Source: a virus
Lineage: Duplodnaviria; Caudoviricetes
Direction: 5' to 3' (one strand)
DNA: 61,219 nt
Virus record (IMG/VR): IMGVR_UViG_3300017788_000001
Coordinates: 1 to 61,219 of that record
How positions within the stretch are numbered: position 1 is the stretch's first letter; each line of letters begins with the position of its first letter. The position numbers and the translations under genes were made by a program. Positions 20,207-28,335 of this stretch are shown piece by piece. The notes under the pieces are model-generated. The model saw only the letters and a list, made by a program, of their open reading frames with translations, had not been told where the DNA came from and made no database searches.

Positions 20207-20385
20207 GCATCTTTCGTACAATCGTCGCCGCTGTCGTCGGGGCATACGTCTACGTCATGACATGGGTCGGGGCGTTCTTGGGCGCCATCATGTATCCCGT
20301 GGCCTATGGGTACAGGCTGGCACAGATGCGACTTGCCCTGATCGATGCCGAGCGCAAGGTGAGACGCGGCGAAAGCCACATGTGA
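20203..20385 (+). CDS. small membrane protein (60 aa)
   Basis: Hydrophobic N-terminal half; followed by a terminator. Confidence 0.6.
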   Translation: MSIFRTIVAAVVGAYVYVMTWVGAFLGAIMYPVAYGYRLAQMRLALIDAERKVRRGESHM

Positions 20386-20392
20386 ACAAACG

Positions 20393-20415
20393 GCCCGGGG
20401 AGACCCGGGCTTTTT
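20393..20415 (+). terminator. intrinsic terminator
   Basis: GCCCGGG-GAGA-CCCGGGC-TTTTT. Confidence 0.85.
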
Positions 20416-20432
20416 GTTGCCCGTAGAAAGAT

Positions 20433-20519
20433 GTTAAGAATATGTTAATGAACAGAGGCTTAACTTAACGTTTATTTAACACGCTTTTAACGGACATTTA
20501 ACGAATAAGGGCGTATGAT
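20433..20519 (+). promoter_or_regulatory. promoter overlapped by phased TTAA boxes
   Basis: CGGACA-17-TATGAT (20491-20519); TTAAC at 20465, 20476, 20487 and 20498; TTAA at 20434 and 20445. Confidence 0.6.
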
Positions 20520-20525
20520 TGCATC

Positions 20526-21015
20526 CATGAAGAGTGAGCGGGGCGCATAGGCCGCCGCTCGCGATTCATCTACCGTCGCGTGACGTGCCGTGTCCGGGAC
20601 TGACCGGAGCGCGTTATAGCTATACGGGGTATGGCCGGCGGTAGGCTTTAACAGTTAATCGCAATCTTCGAATGTTAAGTAAGTCGATTAGCTGTTGTGG
20701 AGGTGTCTCGGAGACATCGAGCAAACCCGGCCCACGGATGGGTCACCAATTCAGCTAAGCCGGTGTGTCGAATGCTGGCAGGACTACATTTTTTGGGAAT
20801 GAATACGTCCTGCTGTCCCCTTGTCGGCATGCCGGCCCCTTTGTCCCGCTCATGCGTGTTTGTAGGGCATGAGAGAGCAAGCAAGCCCCGCTAGGGTCGG
20901 CCGCAATCGCGTCCGCTTCCATGCCCTACCCTGTCACGCTCTACAGGGTGCCCGGTTCGATTCCGGGACGCGGGGACGTATGTATAGACAAGACGCGCGC
21001 TGTCGCGTCTTTTTT
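20526..21015 (+). ncRNA. putative ~490-nt structured non-coding RNA with a tRNA-like T-arm
   Basis: Bounded by a promoter and a terminator, no credible ORF, several 7-10 bp helices and CCCGG-TTCGATT-CCGGG. Confidence 0.5.
20991..21015 (+). terminator. intrinsic terminator
   Basis: AGACGCG...CGCGTCT followed by TTTTT. Confidence 0.8.
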
Positions 21016-21067
21016 ATGCGTATGAACAAAGTTTAAGCGTTAAACCATACCGTTTGTCGGGAAAGTG

Positions 21068-21095
21068 TTGCAAAGGACGGGGTGTGTGGTAGGCT
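21068..21095 (+). promoter_or_regulatory. probable sigma70-type promoter
   Basis: TTGCAA-16-TAGGCT with an extended -10 TG, upstream of the 21140 ATG. Confidence 0.5.
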
Positions 21096-21139
21096 ATGTA
21101 TGTCGGATGTCCCGACATCAACCTACAGGAACCAAGACC

Positions 21140-21886
21140 ATGCAACTTGACAAAACATCCCGCATCATGTTCGGTATCGTGGAAGCCATTTCGGCGAATC
21201 GTGCCGAACTGCTGGCAAAGATCGACGCCGAAGCCTCCGCACTCGCCGGTATCAAGCAAACGGCCAGCGAAGCGAGCAGGGAAGCCCGTGAATCCGCTTC
21301 TCCGGCCTTGTGGACTTCCGTCGTCGAGCTGGCCGAAAGTGTCACCAACGCGGCCGGCTCCGAGGAGTTGGACGCCGCGCAGCGCAACGTCGTCTTTGCA
21401 GCGCTCATCACGGACGCCGTAAAAGGTGGGGAACCTGCCGTCAAGAGCGTCAAGGCGTACACCAGTACGGCGAAGTCTTGCATCTCCGCTGTCACCGCCG
21501 GGAAGCTGAATTGGCACCAAGTGCGTTCCAAGCTGGTGAAGGAAGGCGATGAGATGCGCGAAGCTTCCGTGACGTATAAGGAAGTGCGCGACATGCTCAA
21601 GAGCGGCGGCCAAAAGGAACTTGACGCACTGTGCAAGCAAATCGAGACGGACTTGCGCGAACTTCGCGGACGCGAAAACGATACGCGTTCAGTCGACTCG
21701 CGCATGGCCGACCTGCGATCGCTGCACGATCTGATTGCGCCGATGGCCGCGAAAGTACGCGAAGTGCGGGAAATGGCGAAGTCTGCCAACAAGCGGGCCG
21801 CAGCCGTCAACAGCCTGCGACAGCAGCAGCCGGCCGGACCGATGACCACGGAAGTCACGGCCAAGCCCGAAGCCGTCGCCGCCTAA
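21140..21886 (+). CDS. early hypothetical protein (248 aa, Ala-rich helical)
   Basis: CAGGA RBS, strong codon bias, downstream hairpins. Confidence 0.8.
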   Translation: MQLDKTSRIMFGIVEAISANRAELLAKIDAEASALAGIKQTASEASREARESASPALWTSVVELAESVTNAAGSEELDAAQRNVVFAALITDAVKGGEPAVKSVKAYTSTAKSCISAVTAGKLNWHQVRSKLVKEGDEMREASVTYKEVRDMLKSGGQKELDALCKQIETDLRELRGRENDTRSVDSRMADLRSLHDLIAPMAAKVREVREMAKSANKRAAAVNSLRQQQPAGPMTTEVTAKPEAVAA

Positions 21887-22022
21887 AGCTGCGACAGCAG
21901 CGCCCTACCCTAGCCCCTTCGATAAGAGGGGGCTAGCTCTGCATCCTTAGCAGGGAACTAAGCTAACACCTTGTCAACAGGGTGTTAGCGTGGCAATCCT
22001 GCCATGCACCGGAGCATTACAT

Positions 22023-22205
22023 ATGTCCATCGCAGCAGCCAAGCGTCGCAGGCGGCAAGTCGCGAAATGCAATCGTCACCTTGCCAAGATTGGGCGCCCC
22101 GGCACCCCGAAGAAAATCAGCGCTAGCAAGAGCGCGGCACGCCTGCAACGTGTCATCAACAAGCAAAAGCTCATCGCCCTGCGCAGGGGCCAGAAGAACC
22201 GCTGA
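22023..22205 (+). CDS. very basic small protein (60 aa)
   Basis: GGAG RBS; followed by a terminator. Confidence 0.6.
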   Translation: MSIAAAKRRRRQVAKCNRHLAKIGRPGTPKKISASKSAARLQRVINKQKLIALRRGQKNR

Positions 22206-22223
22206 TCCCTGCCACAAGACACT

Positions 22224-22244
22224 AGCCCGCTCCGGCGGGCTTTT
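22224..22244 (+). terminator. intrinsic terminator
   Basis: AGCCCGC-TCCG-GCGGGCT-TTT. Confidence 0.8.
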
Positions 22245-22290
22245 GTCGTGCCTGAAAAACAGGAAAGCGAAGAGATTAACAGTTAAAAGG

Positions 22291-22452
22291 ATGAGCATGT
22301 ACTACCGCTACCGAGAGCCTCACAAGCACAGAGTTGCATGGTCGCGATATGGCTTTTGGTACGCCGTGTCACCGTGTAATAACGGGCGCACGTTCGCCTT
22401 CGCACAGATGCTTAACAAACTCAATGTGCCTGCTAGCCCCTACTGGCACTGA
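22291..22452 (+). CDS. small hypothetical protein
   Basis: AAGG RBS following a palindrome copy. Confidence 0.4.
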   Translation: MSMYYRYREPHKHRVAWSRYGFWYAVSPCNNGRTFAFAQMLNKLNVPASPYWH

Positions 22453-22608
22453 AGGACACAGACATGTCTAACGAAAACAAACAGATAGCGCGACTGAAGA
22501 CGGGATAAGTCCCCGAAAGACCCCCGGCGCTAACAATGTAATCCGAGCCGGCAACCAACCCGGCCCGCACCACCCTATCATCCGTTTAACCATTAAACAG
22601 GTGCAATC

Positions 22609-22800
22609 ATGAGAGACTACCAACCGCTTCGCCAGTTCAAGGGCCCGGGAAGCCGGGCAAAGAAAGGACTTCCGTCGTTCGCCGAGATGAGCAAGACAGC
22701 GGCAAATCTGACACCCGCACAAATCGAGGAAAAGTACAGATTCCGCTGCTGCCGCTATGGAAAGACTCATCGCGATCACCAGAAACAGCCGAGTCTGTAA
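22609..22800 (+). CDS. small hypothetical protein (63 aa)
   Basis: CAGGT RBS following a palindrome copy. Confidence 0.5.
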   Translation: MRDYQPLRQFKGPGSRAKKGLPSFAEMSKTAANLTPAQIEEKYRFRCCRYGKTHRDHQKQPSL

Positions 22801-22806
22801 GCGTTC

Positions 22807-23018
22807 CCTGCCGTCCCTGCAAACTAGCCTTTTCTAGATAATGCGTTATCGTTCCGATGAGGGGATCAGGAAAAGTCCGGGGACGGCAGGCTTTGGTTTT
22901 TTGGAAAGTGGACTTGTTCATGGCAGGTACGCGACTGTCCGTCATAATAGATGCTCGTTCGGAAAGCCGAGCCTCTGACGGATAGGATGTGTGGCGCGGA
23001 CGTTGTGGACGAGTCCAC
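22807..23018 (+). ncRNA. putative two-domain structured RNA
   Basis: Helices 22807-17/22880-90, 22908-20/23006-18 and 22935-44/22976-85 in an ORF-free gap. Confidence 0.45.
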
Positions 23019-23080
23019 CTCCTAAAGAGTCAATGATTAACGATTAAACGTAGCAGCCAGTGACATCAGGAGAAAACAAC

Positions 23081-23644
23081 ATGCTTCACACCACATTAAA
23101 GCACCTGCGTTATCATTTCGCTTGTATGCCACGCTATAGGAAGCTGCGTGAAAGTCTCCCGCGCGATCATGCTTCTGATACGCCTATCAGCCTGTTGCAT
23201 GTCCTTGAATTCAATGGAATCAAGGATGCCGTGTGGGCGCTCCGGGCGACGATCGAGCCAGACGGAGAGACGATGGCTCGGGAGTTCATCTGCCGCGTTA
23301 CCGAGAATGTATTACCTACCTTCGAGGGGCTGTTCCCAGACGACAAGCGTCCTCGCGAGGCAATTGAAGCTGCTCGCGCCTACAACAAAGGCACGATCTC
23401 CGCAGCGCGTCTCCATGCGAAGTACCTCGCCGCCCGCGATGCATACATCAGCGTCTGCGCCCTCCGTGCGCTCTATGCCACAGGCGTCGGAAGAGTCCCT
23501 CACTTCGCCCTTCTTGCCACCGCCCAACACTCCTGCCACTATGGTGCCCGCACTGTTCTCGATTTCACTTACTCTCCTGTCAGACGAAAAGCATGGACGG
23601 CTTGCTTCCGTGAACTTCTGGAGCAGTACGGTGCTCAGCCATGA
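23081..23644 (+). CDS. Imm5-like domain protein
   Basis: AGGAG RBS; PDDKRPREAIEAAR motif. Confidence 0.55.
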   Translation: MLHTTLKHLRYHFACMPRYRKLRESLPRDHASDTPISLLHVLEFNGIKDAVWALRATIEPDGETMAREFICRVTENVLPTFEGLFPDDKRPREAIEAARAYNKGTISAARLHAKYLAARDAYISVCALRALYATGVGRVPHFALLATAQHSCHYGARTVLDFTYSPVRRKAWTACFRELLEQYGAQP

Positions 23645-24162
23645 GCGGTGAACCGATGAGCGCGGCGGAGGTGCTGGCCAGTCTGCAGCAGTACGTCCCG
23701 TACGTGCAGAAACACAGCGCCGCCCGCAAGGGCTACGTCGTCGGCATGCGCCGCAAGAACAAGCGCGACGAACTCGACGAAGTGCACACATACCTGCACG
23801 CGCCCAGCGCTCGCATCGCCGTCGCCGCCCTGATCGCCCGCGTCGATGCGCTGGAGGCCGAGAACAGGGCGCTGCGGGACATGCCTTTCGTTCGCACTGG
23901 CACATTCGACAGAAACGGCCGCGGGATTCTGGCCGGGGACCGGGTTCTCTACATCGGCAAAAGCAAACATACCAAGCGCGAATACTGGTTTCCCGAATAC
24001 ATCGTCGAATGGCGTGCGCCAAGGTTCCGCCTGAGCTATGCCGGCGGAGACAAAGACAACTCGTCGGCTCACTTCGCTTTCGAGCACACCCACGACGATA
24101 GCTGGCGGGCTGAGCTTGAAGTGATCGACGCAGCCCGCGCGGAGGCCGGCAGCCATGGCTAA
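23641..24162 (+). CDS. hypothetical protein with a YopX-like C-terminal segment
   Basis: TGTFDRNGRGILAGDRV; GC-richer than flanks. Confidence 0.55.
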   Translation: MSGEPMSAAEVLASLQQYVPYVQKHSAARKGYVVGMRRKNKRDELDEVHTYLHAPSARIAVAALIARVDALEAENRALRDMPFVRTGTFDRNGRGILAGDRVLYIGKSKHTKREYWFPEYIVEWRAPRFRLSYAGGDKDNSSAHFAFEHTHDDSWRAELEVIDAARAEAGSHG

Positions 24163-24361
24163 GAGAATTTTTTCTGACATCGCGTACATGGCGACGCTCA
24201 TCGCTACCGCATACGGGCCGACTGTTGGTTCCGATATCTACGACCGGCACCACTCAAGCCGCATCAATTCGCGTCGCACGAAGTCTCGCAAGACGACCAC
24301 TGTCGCTGCGATGAAGCGCGAGGCCAAGAAACGCCGCGACAGGAGAAAGAGCCATGGCTAA
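24155..24361 (+). CDS. hypothetical protein (68 aa)
   Basis: GGAGG RBS; overlapping start and stop. Confidence 0.55.
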   Translation: MAKRIFSDIAYMATLIATAYGPTVGSDIYDRHHSSRINSRRTKSRKTTTVAAMKREAKKRRDRRKSHG

Positions 24362-24554
24362 GGACGCATGTTGCCGCATTCCGCGATACGAAGCCGAGCA
24401 ATTCGCCGGGATGCTCGTTTTTCGAGTGGTCAAAGGCCTCAAGAAGTATCGGTGCCGATGCGCAAGCTGCGGAACAACCAAAGATGTTGGAGCTATCGAG
24501 GCTCAGCGGATAACACGCCGTGCCACCCTCGCAGCGTGCAGGGGGATTTCATGA
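24354..24554 (+). CDS. small Cys-containing hypothetical protein (66 aa)
   Basis: AGGAG RBS; CRCASCG. Confidence 0.5.
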   Translation: MAKDACCRIPRYEAEQFAGMLVFRVVKGLKKYRCRCASCGTTKDVGAIEAQRITRRATLAACRGIS

Positions 24555-24772
24555 CCCGCTTCCTCGCCCGTCTGCTCGCTGCTAACGGATTACAGCCGCC
24601 ACGCACTCATGAGAACGCGTTCAAGCAATCACTCGAACAGCATTGCGAAAGCAATCCGAGCTATCAAACACACTCGCTCATCGAGAAGAATCCGTGGGAC
24701 GGCGTGCCTGTCAAATGCGATATGGAAGCTGCCGGGTTCAAGTTCGACGAGAGCTGGAAACTAGAAGATTAA
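24551..24772 (+). CDS. hypothetical protein (73 aa)
   Basis: GGGGG RBS; ATGA overlap. Confidence 0.55.
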   Translation: MTRFLARLLAANGLQPPRTHENAFKQSLEQHCESNPSYQTHSLIEKNPWDGVPVKCDMEAAGFKFDESWKLED

Positions 24773-24784
24773 CCGTTAATCATT

Positions 24785-24861
24785 CCGTCTATAGCTCAAC
24801 TGGATAGAGTAGCGGCCTTCTAAGCCGTGGGTTGGGGGTTCGAGTCCCTCTAGGCGGACCA
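24785..24861 (+). tRNA. tRNA-Arg(TCT)
   Basis: Cloverleaf: CCGTCTA/TAGGCGG acceptor, GCGGC-CTTCTAA-GCCGT anticodon arm, GTTCGAG, ACCA. Confidence 0.95.
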
Positions 24862-24882
24862 TCCATTCAAAGGAACAATCAC

Positions 24883-25215
24883 ATGACTGACAAGTTCATT
24901 CCCGGACAGACGTACAAAGACCGTGAAGGTCGTGAGTACGTATTCGTAGGCTACGCCCCGCATGCACTAGAAACCGTTCGTGCTGTGTTCACGATAGGTC
25001 AGCACTTGACCGGCAGGTACGAGGACGGCAAGAGCAGTTTTCGCGAACACGATATCGTGCAGACAAAGGACGTATGGGTGAATGTCTACCGTTGCCCATT
25101 AAACACGACCGGCGTGAGATGTTCTGTCGCCACCTACTCATCTGAAGGAGAGGCAGCGCGGTACGCCCACGACGGCGGCTACCTGTCCCCGCAGAAGATT
25201 ACGGTTACCATCTAG
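24883..25215 (+). CDS. hypothetical protein (110 aa)
   Basis: AAGGA RBS; GQTYKDREG...WVNVY pattern common in phage accessory proteins. Confidence 0.65.
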   Translation: MTDKFIPGQTYKDREGREYVFVGYAPHALETVRAVFTIGQHLTGRYEDGKSSFREHDIVQTKDVWVNVYRCPLNTTGVRCSVATYSSEGEAARYAHDGGYLSPQKITVTI

Positions 25216-25326
25216 TCGCAGCCTATCTGGACATCTCATGAAAACTCCATTCTTTCCTTTCACGCTTCGCGCCAACGACAGTTCGTGCAAGCGATGACTG
25301 GTATGCTTAATTAATAGGAGACAGTC

Positions 25327-25506
25327 GTGGAACCAAAAGAACAGCAAAGCGAGACTCCCAAGATCGTCATCACTTCGATCATGATCGAGAGGGCTGCTGA
25401 GGCGTACCACAATTTCAGAGATCCGACACTCTCAGCCTCATTGTCGGCGTTTGCATACGATGAAATTCGTATGGCTCATGCTCTGGCTGCGGCTATTAAT
25501 CGTTAA
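25327..25506 (+). CDS. hypothetical protein (59 aa)
   Basis: AGGAG RBS and GTG start. Confidence 0.5.
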   Translation: MEPKEQQSETPKIVITSIMIERAAEAYHNFRDPTLSASLSAFAYDEIRMAHALAAAINR

Positions 25507-25512
25507 TCTCTC

Positions 25513-25824
25513 GTGTCCAAGAAACAACGCCAAAGCATTACAGCTTATGCCTTCGACAAGAAGGGCAGGCTGCTAGGCGTAGGACGTAACTCCTACACCA
25601 AGACGCATCCTCTGCAGCTGTGGTATGCCAAGCGTTGTGGGCTGGATCACAAGATGTATCTGCACGCTGAGATTGCAGCACTCATCAAGACGCGCGGGCA
25701 CAAGGTTCACAAGCTAGTCATCGTGCGTGTAGGGAAGGACAAGAGCTTGCTCAACGCAAAGCCTTGCCCTGTGTGCCAACTCGCAATAGAAGAGTTTGGC
25801 GTCAAGGTTGTAGAACATTCATAG
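25513..25824 (+). CDS. Zn-dependent deaminase (cytidine/dCMP deaminase fold)
   Basis: HAE and PCPVC motifs. Confidence 0.8.
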   Translation: MSKKQRQSITAYAFDKKGRLLGVGRNSYTKTHPLQLWYAKRCGLDHKMYLHAEIAALIKTRGHKVHKLVIVRVGKDKSLLNAKPCPVCQLAIEEFGVKVVEHS

Positions 25825-25873
25825 CTGTTAGTCGTGTTTAACTGTTAATCGCACGGCCTAGTCGTGCTCATCC

Positions 25874-25951
25874 GGGCCTATAGCTCAATTGGTTAGCAGT
25901 AACGGGCTCATAACCCGTAGGTTGCAGGTTCGAGTCCTGCTGGGCCCACCA
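25874..25951 (+). tRNA. tRNA with CAT anticodon (Ile2-like acceptor stem; identity Ile or Met uncertain)
   Basis: GGGCCTA/TGGGCCC acceptor, ACGGG-CTCATAA-CCCGT anticodon arm, GTTCGAG, ACCA. Confidence 0.9.
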
Positions 25952-25974
25952 ATCAACACACGAAGGATACGACG

Positions 25975-26256
25975 ATGGACAGGTTGTACGAGGGGTGCAA
26001 GGTAAGGATTGATCCGGCGTATGCCACGGTGTTCCAGCTCCCTGTCGACACCGAAGGTATCGTCGTGACACGATCTCCTATCGTTAGTGACAGATGGGTG
26101 GTGCAGTTCGGGACGTTGCCCCGCCCCCTTCATCTACAGGACAACCGTCTCATCGCTCTATCTCCCGCACGACGCGAGCAAACCGTCACCATAGACGAAC
26201 TGGTCGCCGCCGTCCCCTACGCCAGTCGTGCCCTTTCCATTCCTGATCCGGAGTAA
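25975..26256 (+). CDS. hypothetical protein (93 aa)
   Basis: AAGGA RBS. Confidence 0.6.
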   Translation: MDRLYEGCKVRIDPAYATVFQLPVDTEGIVVTRSPIVSDRWVVQFGTLPRPLHLQDNRLIALSPARREQTVTIDELVAAVPYASRALSIPDPE

Positions 26257-26259
26257 CAC

Positions 26260-26649
26260 ATGCATTTCTTTTTCTACGGCACATTGATGTCGGGATTCTA
26301 CAACAACAACTTTCTCACGAAGTTACCGGGCAGCAAGAAACTGTTCGACGCGACAGTGAGGGGCTACAAGCTGTGGGGTACGGGACGTATTCCCATCGCT
26401 GTCAAGAGCAATGACCGAGACGAGCTGACGCACGGCGAAGTGTGGGAAGTGAGCAATCCGTATGCTGTCGCTGCTCTGCATCAGATGGAAGTGCGTGCCG
26501 GATACAAGGCCGTGGAAGTCACGGCTGCGAACGTACCTGAAGCAGAGTATATGGAGGGTGTCTACATGTACGTCCACGACGAGCAACACGTGCTCGGCGA
26601 CTGGATGAAGCCTATCCCCAACAATAACTATCGAGAGTGGAGAAAGTGA
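26260..26649 (+). CDS. gamma-glutamylcyclotransferase (AIG2-like) family protein
   Basis: FFYGTLM, GEVWEV and catalytic-region E...GY. Confidence 0.85.
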   Translation: MHFFFYGTLMSGFYNNNFLTKLPGSKKLFDATVRGYKLWGTGRIPIAVKSNDRDELTHGEVWEVSNPYAVAALHQMEVRAGYKAVEVTAANVPEAEYMEGVYMYVHDEQHVLGDWMKPIPNNNYREWRK

Positions 26650-26801
26650 TGGAAATCCTCTATGGCCCGGCGGCATTCCTCATCGTCCTCGCGGCAGCAA
26701 TTCTGATTTCTGGTGGTGTAGCTATCATCGTGATGGTGGTGAGTCTCACCATTCGCATGATGTGGGACATCATCACTAAGCCGAAGCAGTCACGTTATTA
26801 A
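26649..26801 (+). CDS. small membrane protein (50 aa)
   Basis: GGAG RBS; one long hydrophobic stretch. Confidence 0.5.
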   Translation: MEILYGPAAFLIVLAAAILISGGVAIIVMVVSLTIRMMWDIITKPKQSRY

Positions 26802-26821
26802 CAGTTAAACAGGAGTGTGTC

Positions 26822-27049
26822 ATGAAAATCGTACTGTTGTTGATATTCCTGCTTTACGTCTTGCCGATGGTGACCGTTCTGACAGTGCTCGCCTCCGAAT
26901 ACCGTAAGGGCAGGCTAGAGAAGAATCTGGTGTTCAATGGCGTTATTGTCGCCATCACACCGACTCTTAATCTGGTCTGTCTGTTGTGGGCCGTGGGGTC
27001 AAGACTTGTGGACATCATCTCACACGCAATCACCGGAAGGAAGCGCTGA
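26822..27049 (+). CDS. membrane protein (75 aa)
   Basis: AGGAG RBS; two hydrophobic segments. Confidence 0.6.
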   Translation: MKIVLLLIFLLYVLPMVTVLTVLASEYRKGRLEKNLVFNGVIVAITPTLNLVCLLWAVGSRLVDIISHAITGRKR

Positions 27050-27351
27050 TGAAATTTCCTGTACGTGCTGTTGACAATCGCCCGTCCATCACCGCACAAG
27101 AACGTCTGTTCGTGCGTCAGTTTGGGGACAAACCTGCTGTCGTGAAATACACGGGGCGTGAGAGCCTTGTCGGGCTACGTGTGCTGGGTAAGCATAGCGG
27201 CTTACGAATCGAGCAGAACGCAGACGGACGGTACATCCGTGCCCTTGACATCGTGAACGGTGTTGAGGTTCCTACCACCAGAAAGCTCAAGCTTCGTTTC
27301 CGGGACAGCGCCAAGATGCTGGTGCCCGGTGTGCGTAGCTGGGTGAGATAA
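27049..27351 (+). CDS. hypothetical protein (100 aa)
   Basis: TGATG coupling; GGAAGG RBS. Confidence 0.55.
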   Translation: MKFPVRAVDNRPSITAQERLFVRQFGDKPAVVKYTGRESLVGLRVLGKHSGLRIEQNADGRYIRALDIVNGVEVPTTRKLKLRFRDSAKMLVPGVRSWVR

Positions 27352-27545
27352 CCAAAGGAAATAACAACCAAGTGAAACGTAACAGTCATGAAATGAGCCA
27401 CCTGCTGGCTCTCTTGATCGGCGTAGGCATGATTTGTGCCTGTGTCATCGCCTCCGCAGCAGTTATGAAGTAAGTTGCAGGCTCGCCTGCTCCTCGTTTT
27501 AACGATTAAACCCAACACATCCACTACACTTCAAGGAACAACATC

Positions 27546-27959
27546 ATGAACGACAACTCCGTCCGCTTCCTCCACTATCGTGCCTTCGCGAATGACGGCA
27601 CAGTCCTTCCCTACGGCGGCGCCACTGTCGCCTACCGCAAGATCGGTCCGGGCCAAGTGGCTTACGCCGTGGCACGCTGCCGTGACAAGACCAAGACGCC
27701 GGAAGTCAAGAGCGCCTACTCCGACAACTTCAACCGTCGTCGCGGCCGTGACATCGCTCTCGGTCGTCTGATGGACGACAGTGCAGGCAAGCGTCAGGAA
27801 ATCGGTACAGCTCCGGGCAATGAGCAGGCTACGTTCTGGGAATACATGGACCAGCGTATGCAGGACAGTCTCAGTTACAAGCGCCGTCGTCGTGCAGCCA
27901 CTCCGCTGTCGCCCGTCGATGAGAGCAGCTGCGCATGCGCCGCGTCATCCTGCTGCTGA
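27546..27959 (+). CDS. conserved phage hypothetical protein (137 aa)
   Basis: GGATVAY...A.C...DNF.RRRGR.IA..R pattern. Confidence 0.7.
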   Translation: MNDNSVRFLHYRAFANDGTVLPYGGATVAYRKIGPGQVAYAVARCRDKTKTPEVKSAYSDNFNRRRGRDIALGRLMDDSAGKRQEIGTAPGNEQATFWEYMDQRMQDSLSYKRRRRAATPLSPVDESSCACAASSCC

Positions 27960-28162
27960 TCGCGGCCATTATGGCTGCTGCGTGTACTGAACACGCCGTA
28001 GTAGCAGAAAAAGAAATAGCCAATGCATATAAGGTGTGCGCAGACAACGGAGGTCTCGCGGAAGTCAGGGCCTCTAATGTAGGCCCATCTTATCAGTGGG
28101 TTAGTCAAGCCTACTGCCGGAATGGCGCCCGTTTTTACTTTCCTCACAAGGTATCACAATGA
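27935..28162 (+). CDS. putative lipoprotein (75 aa)
   Basis: Signal-like N-terminus ending AAAC; C..NGG...C.NG. Confidence 0.55.
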   Translation: MRRVILLLIAAIMAAACTEHAVVAEKEIANAYKVCADNGGLAEVRASNVGPSYQWVSQAYCRNGARFYFPHKVSQ

Positions 28163-28335
28163 TTCGTCCATGTGTTTCTTCCTGCGGCAAGAAGCCGCGC
28201 AGCCAAGATCAGCTTCATGGTCAGGGCAATCGCGTGTTCAACGAGCAGCCCGCTAAAGATGGCCAGCAGGCGTTCAAGTGCACCGTCTGTGGTGCGATCA
28301 TCACCCAGTCCGTATCATCGAAGGAATCCAAATGA
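28159..28335 (+). CDS. small Zn-ribbon-like protein (58 aa)
   Basis: ATGA-coupled at both ends; C...C and CTVC. Confidence 0.5.
   Translation: MIRPCVSSCGKKPRSQDQLHGQGNRVFNEQPAKDGQQAFKCTVCGAIITQSVSSKESK

Noticed and set aside
20688-20975. tmRNA, Y RNA or c-di-GMP riboswitch assignment for the early ncRNA
   Set aside because: No CCA/Ala acceptor end or tag ORF, arm order does not fit, and riboswitch consensus is incomplete; left as an unassigned ncRNA
22464-22530. Hammerhead ribozyme (CTGAAGA...GGGA-TAAG-TCCC...GAAA)
   Set aside because: Stem II opens with a C-C mismatch and stem I cannot be formed convincingly; a cmsearch would settle it
21014-24253. Long antisense or alternate-frame ORFs (e.g. 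21118..21864, 23312..24253; also 39458..40321 and 59273..60178)
   Set aside because: Shadow frames of GC-rich genes, without RBS or recognisable motifs
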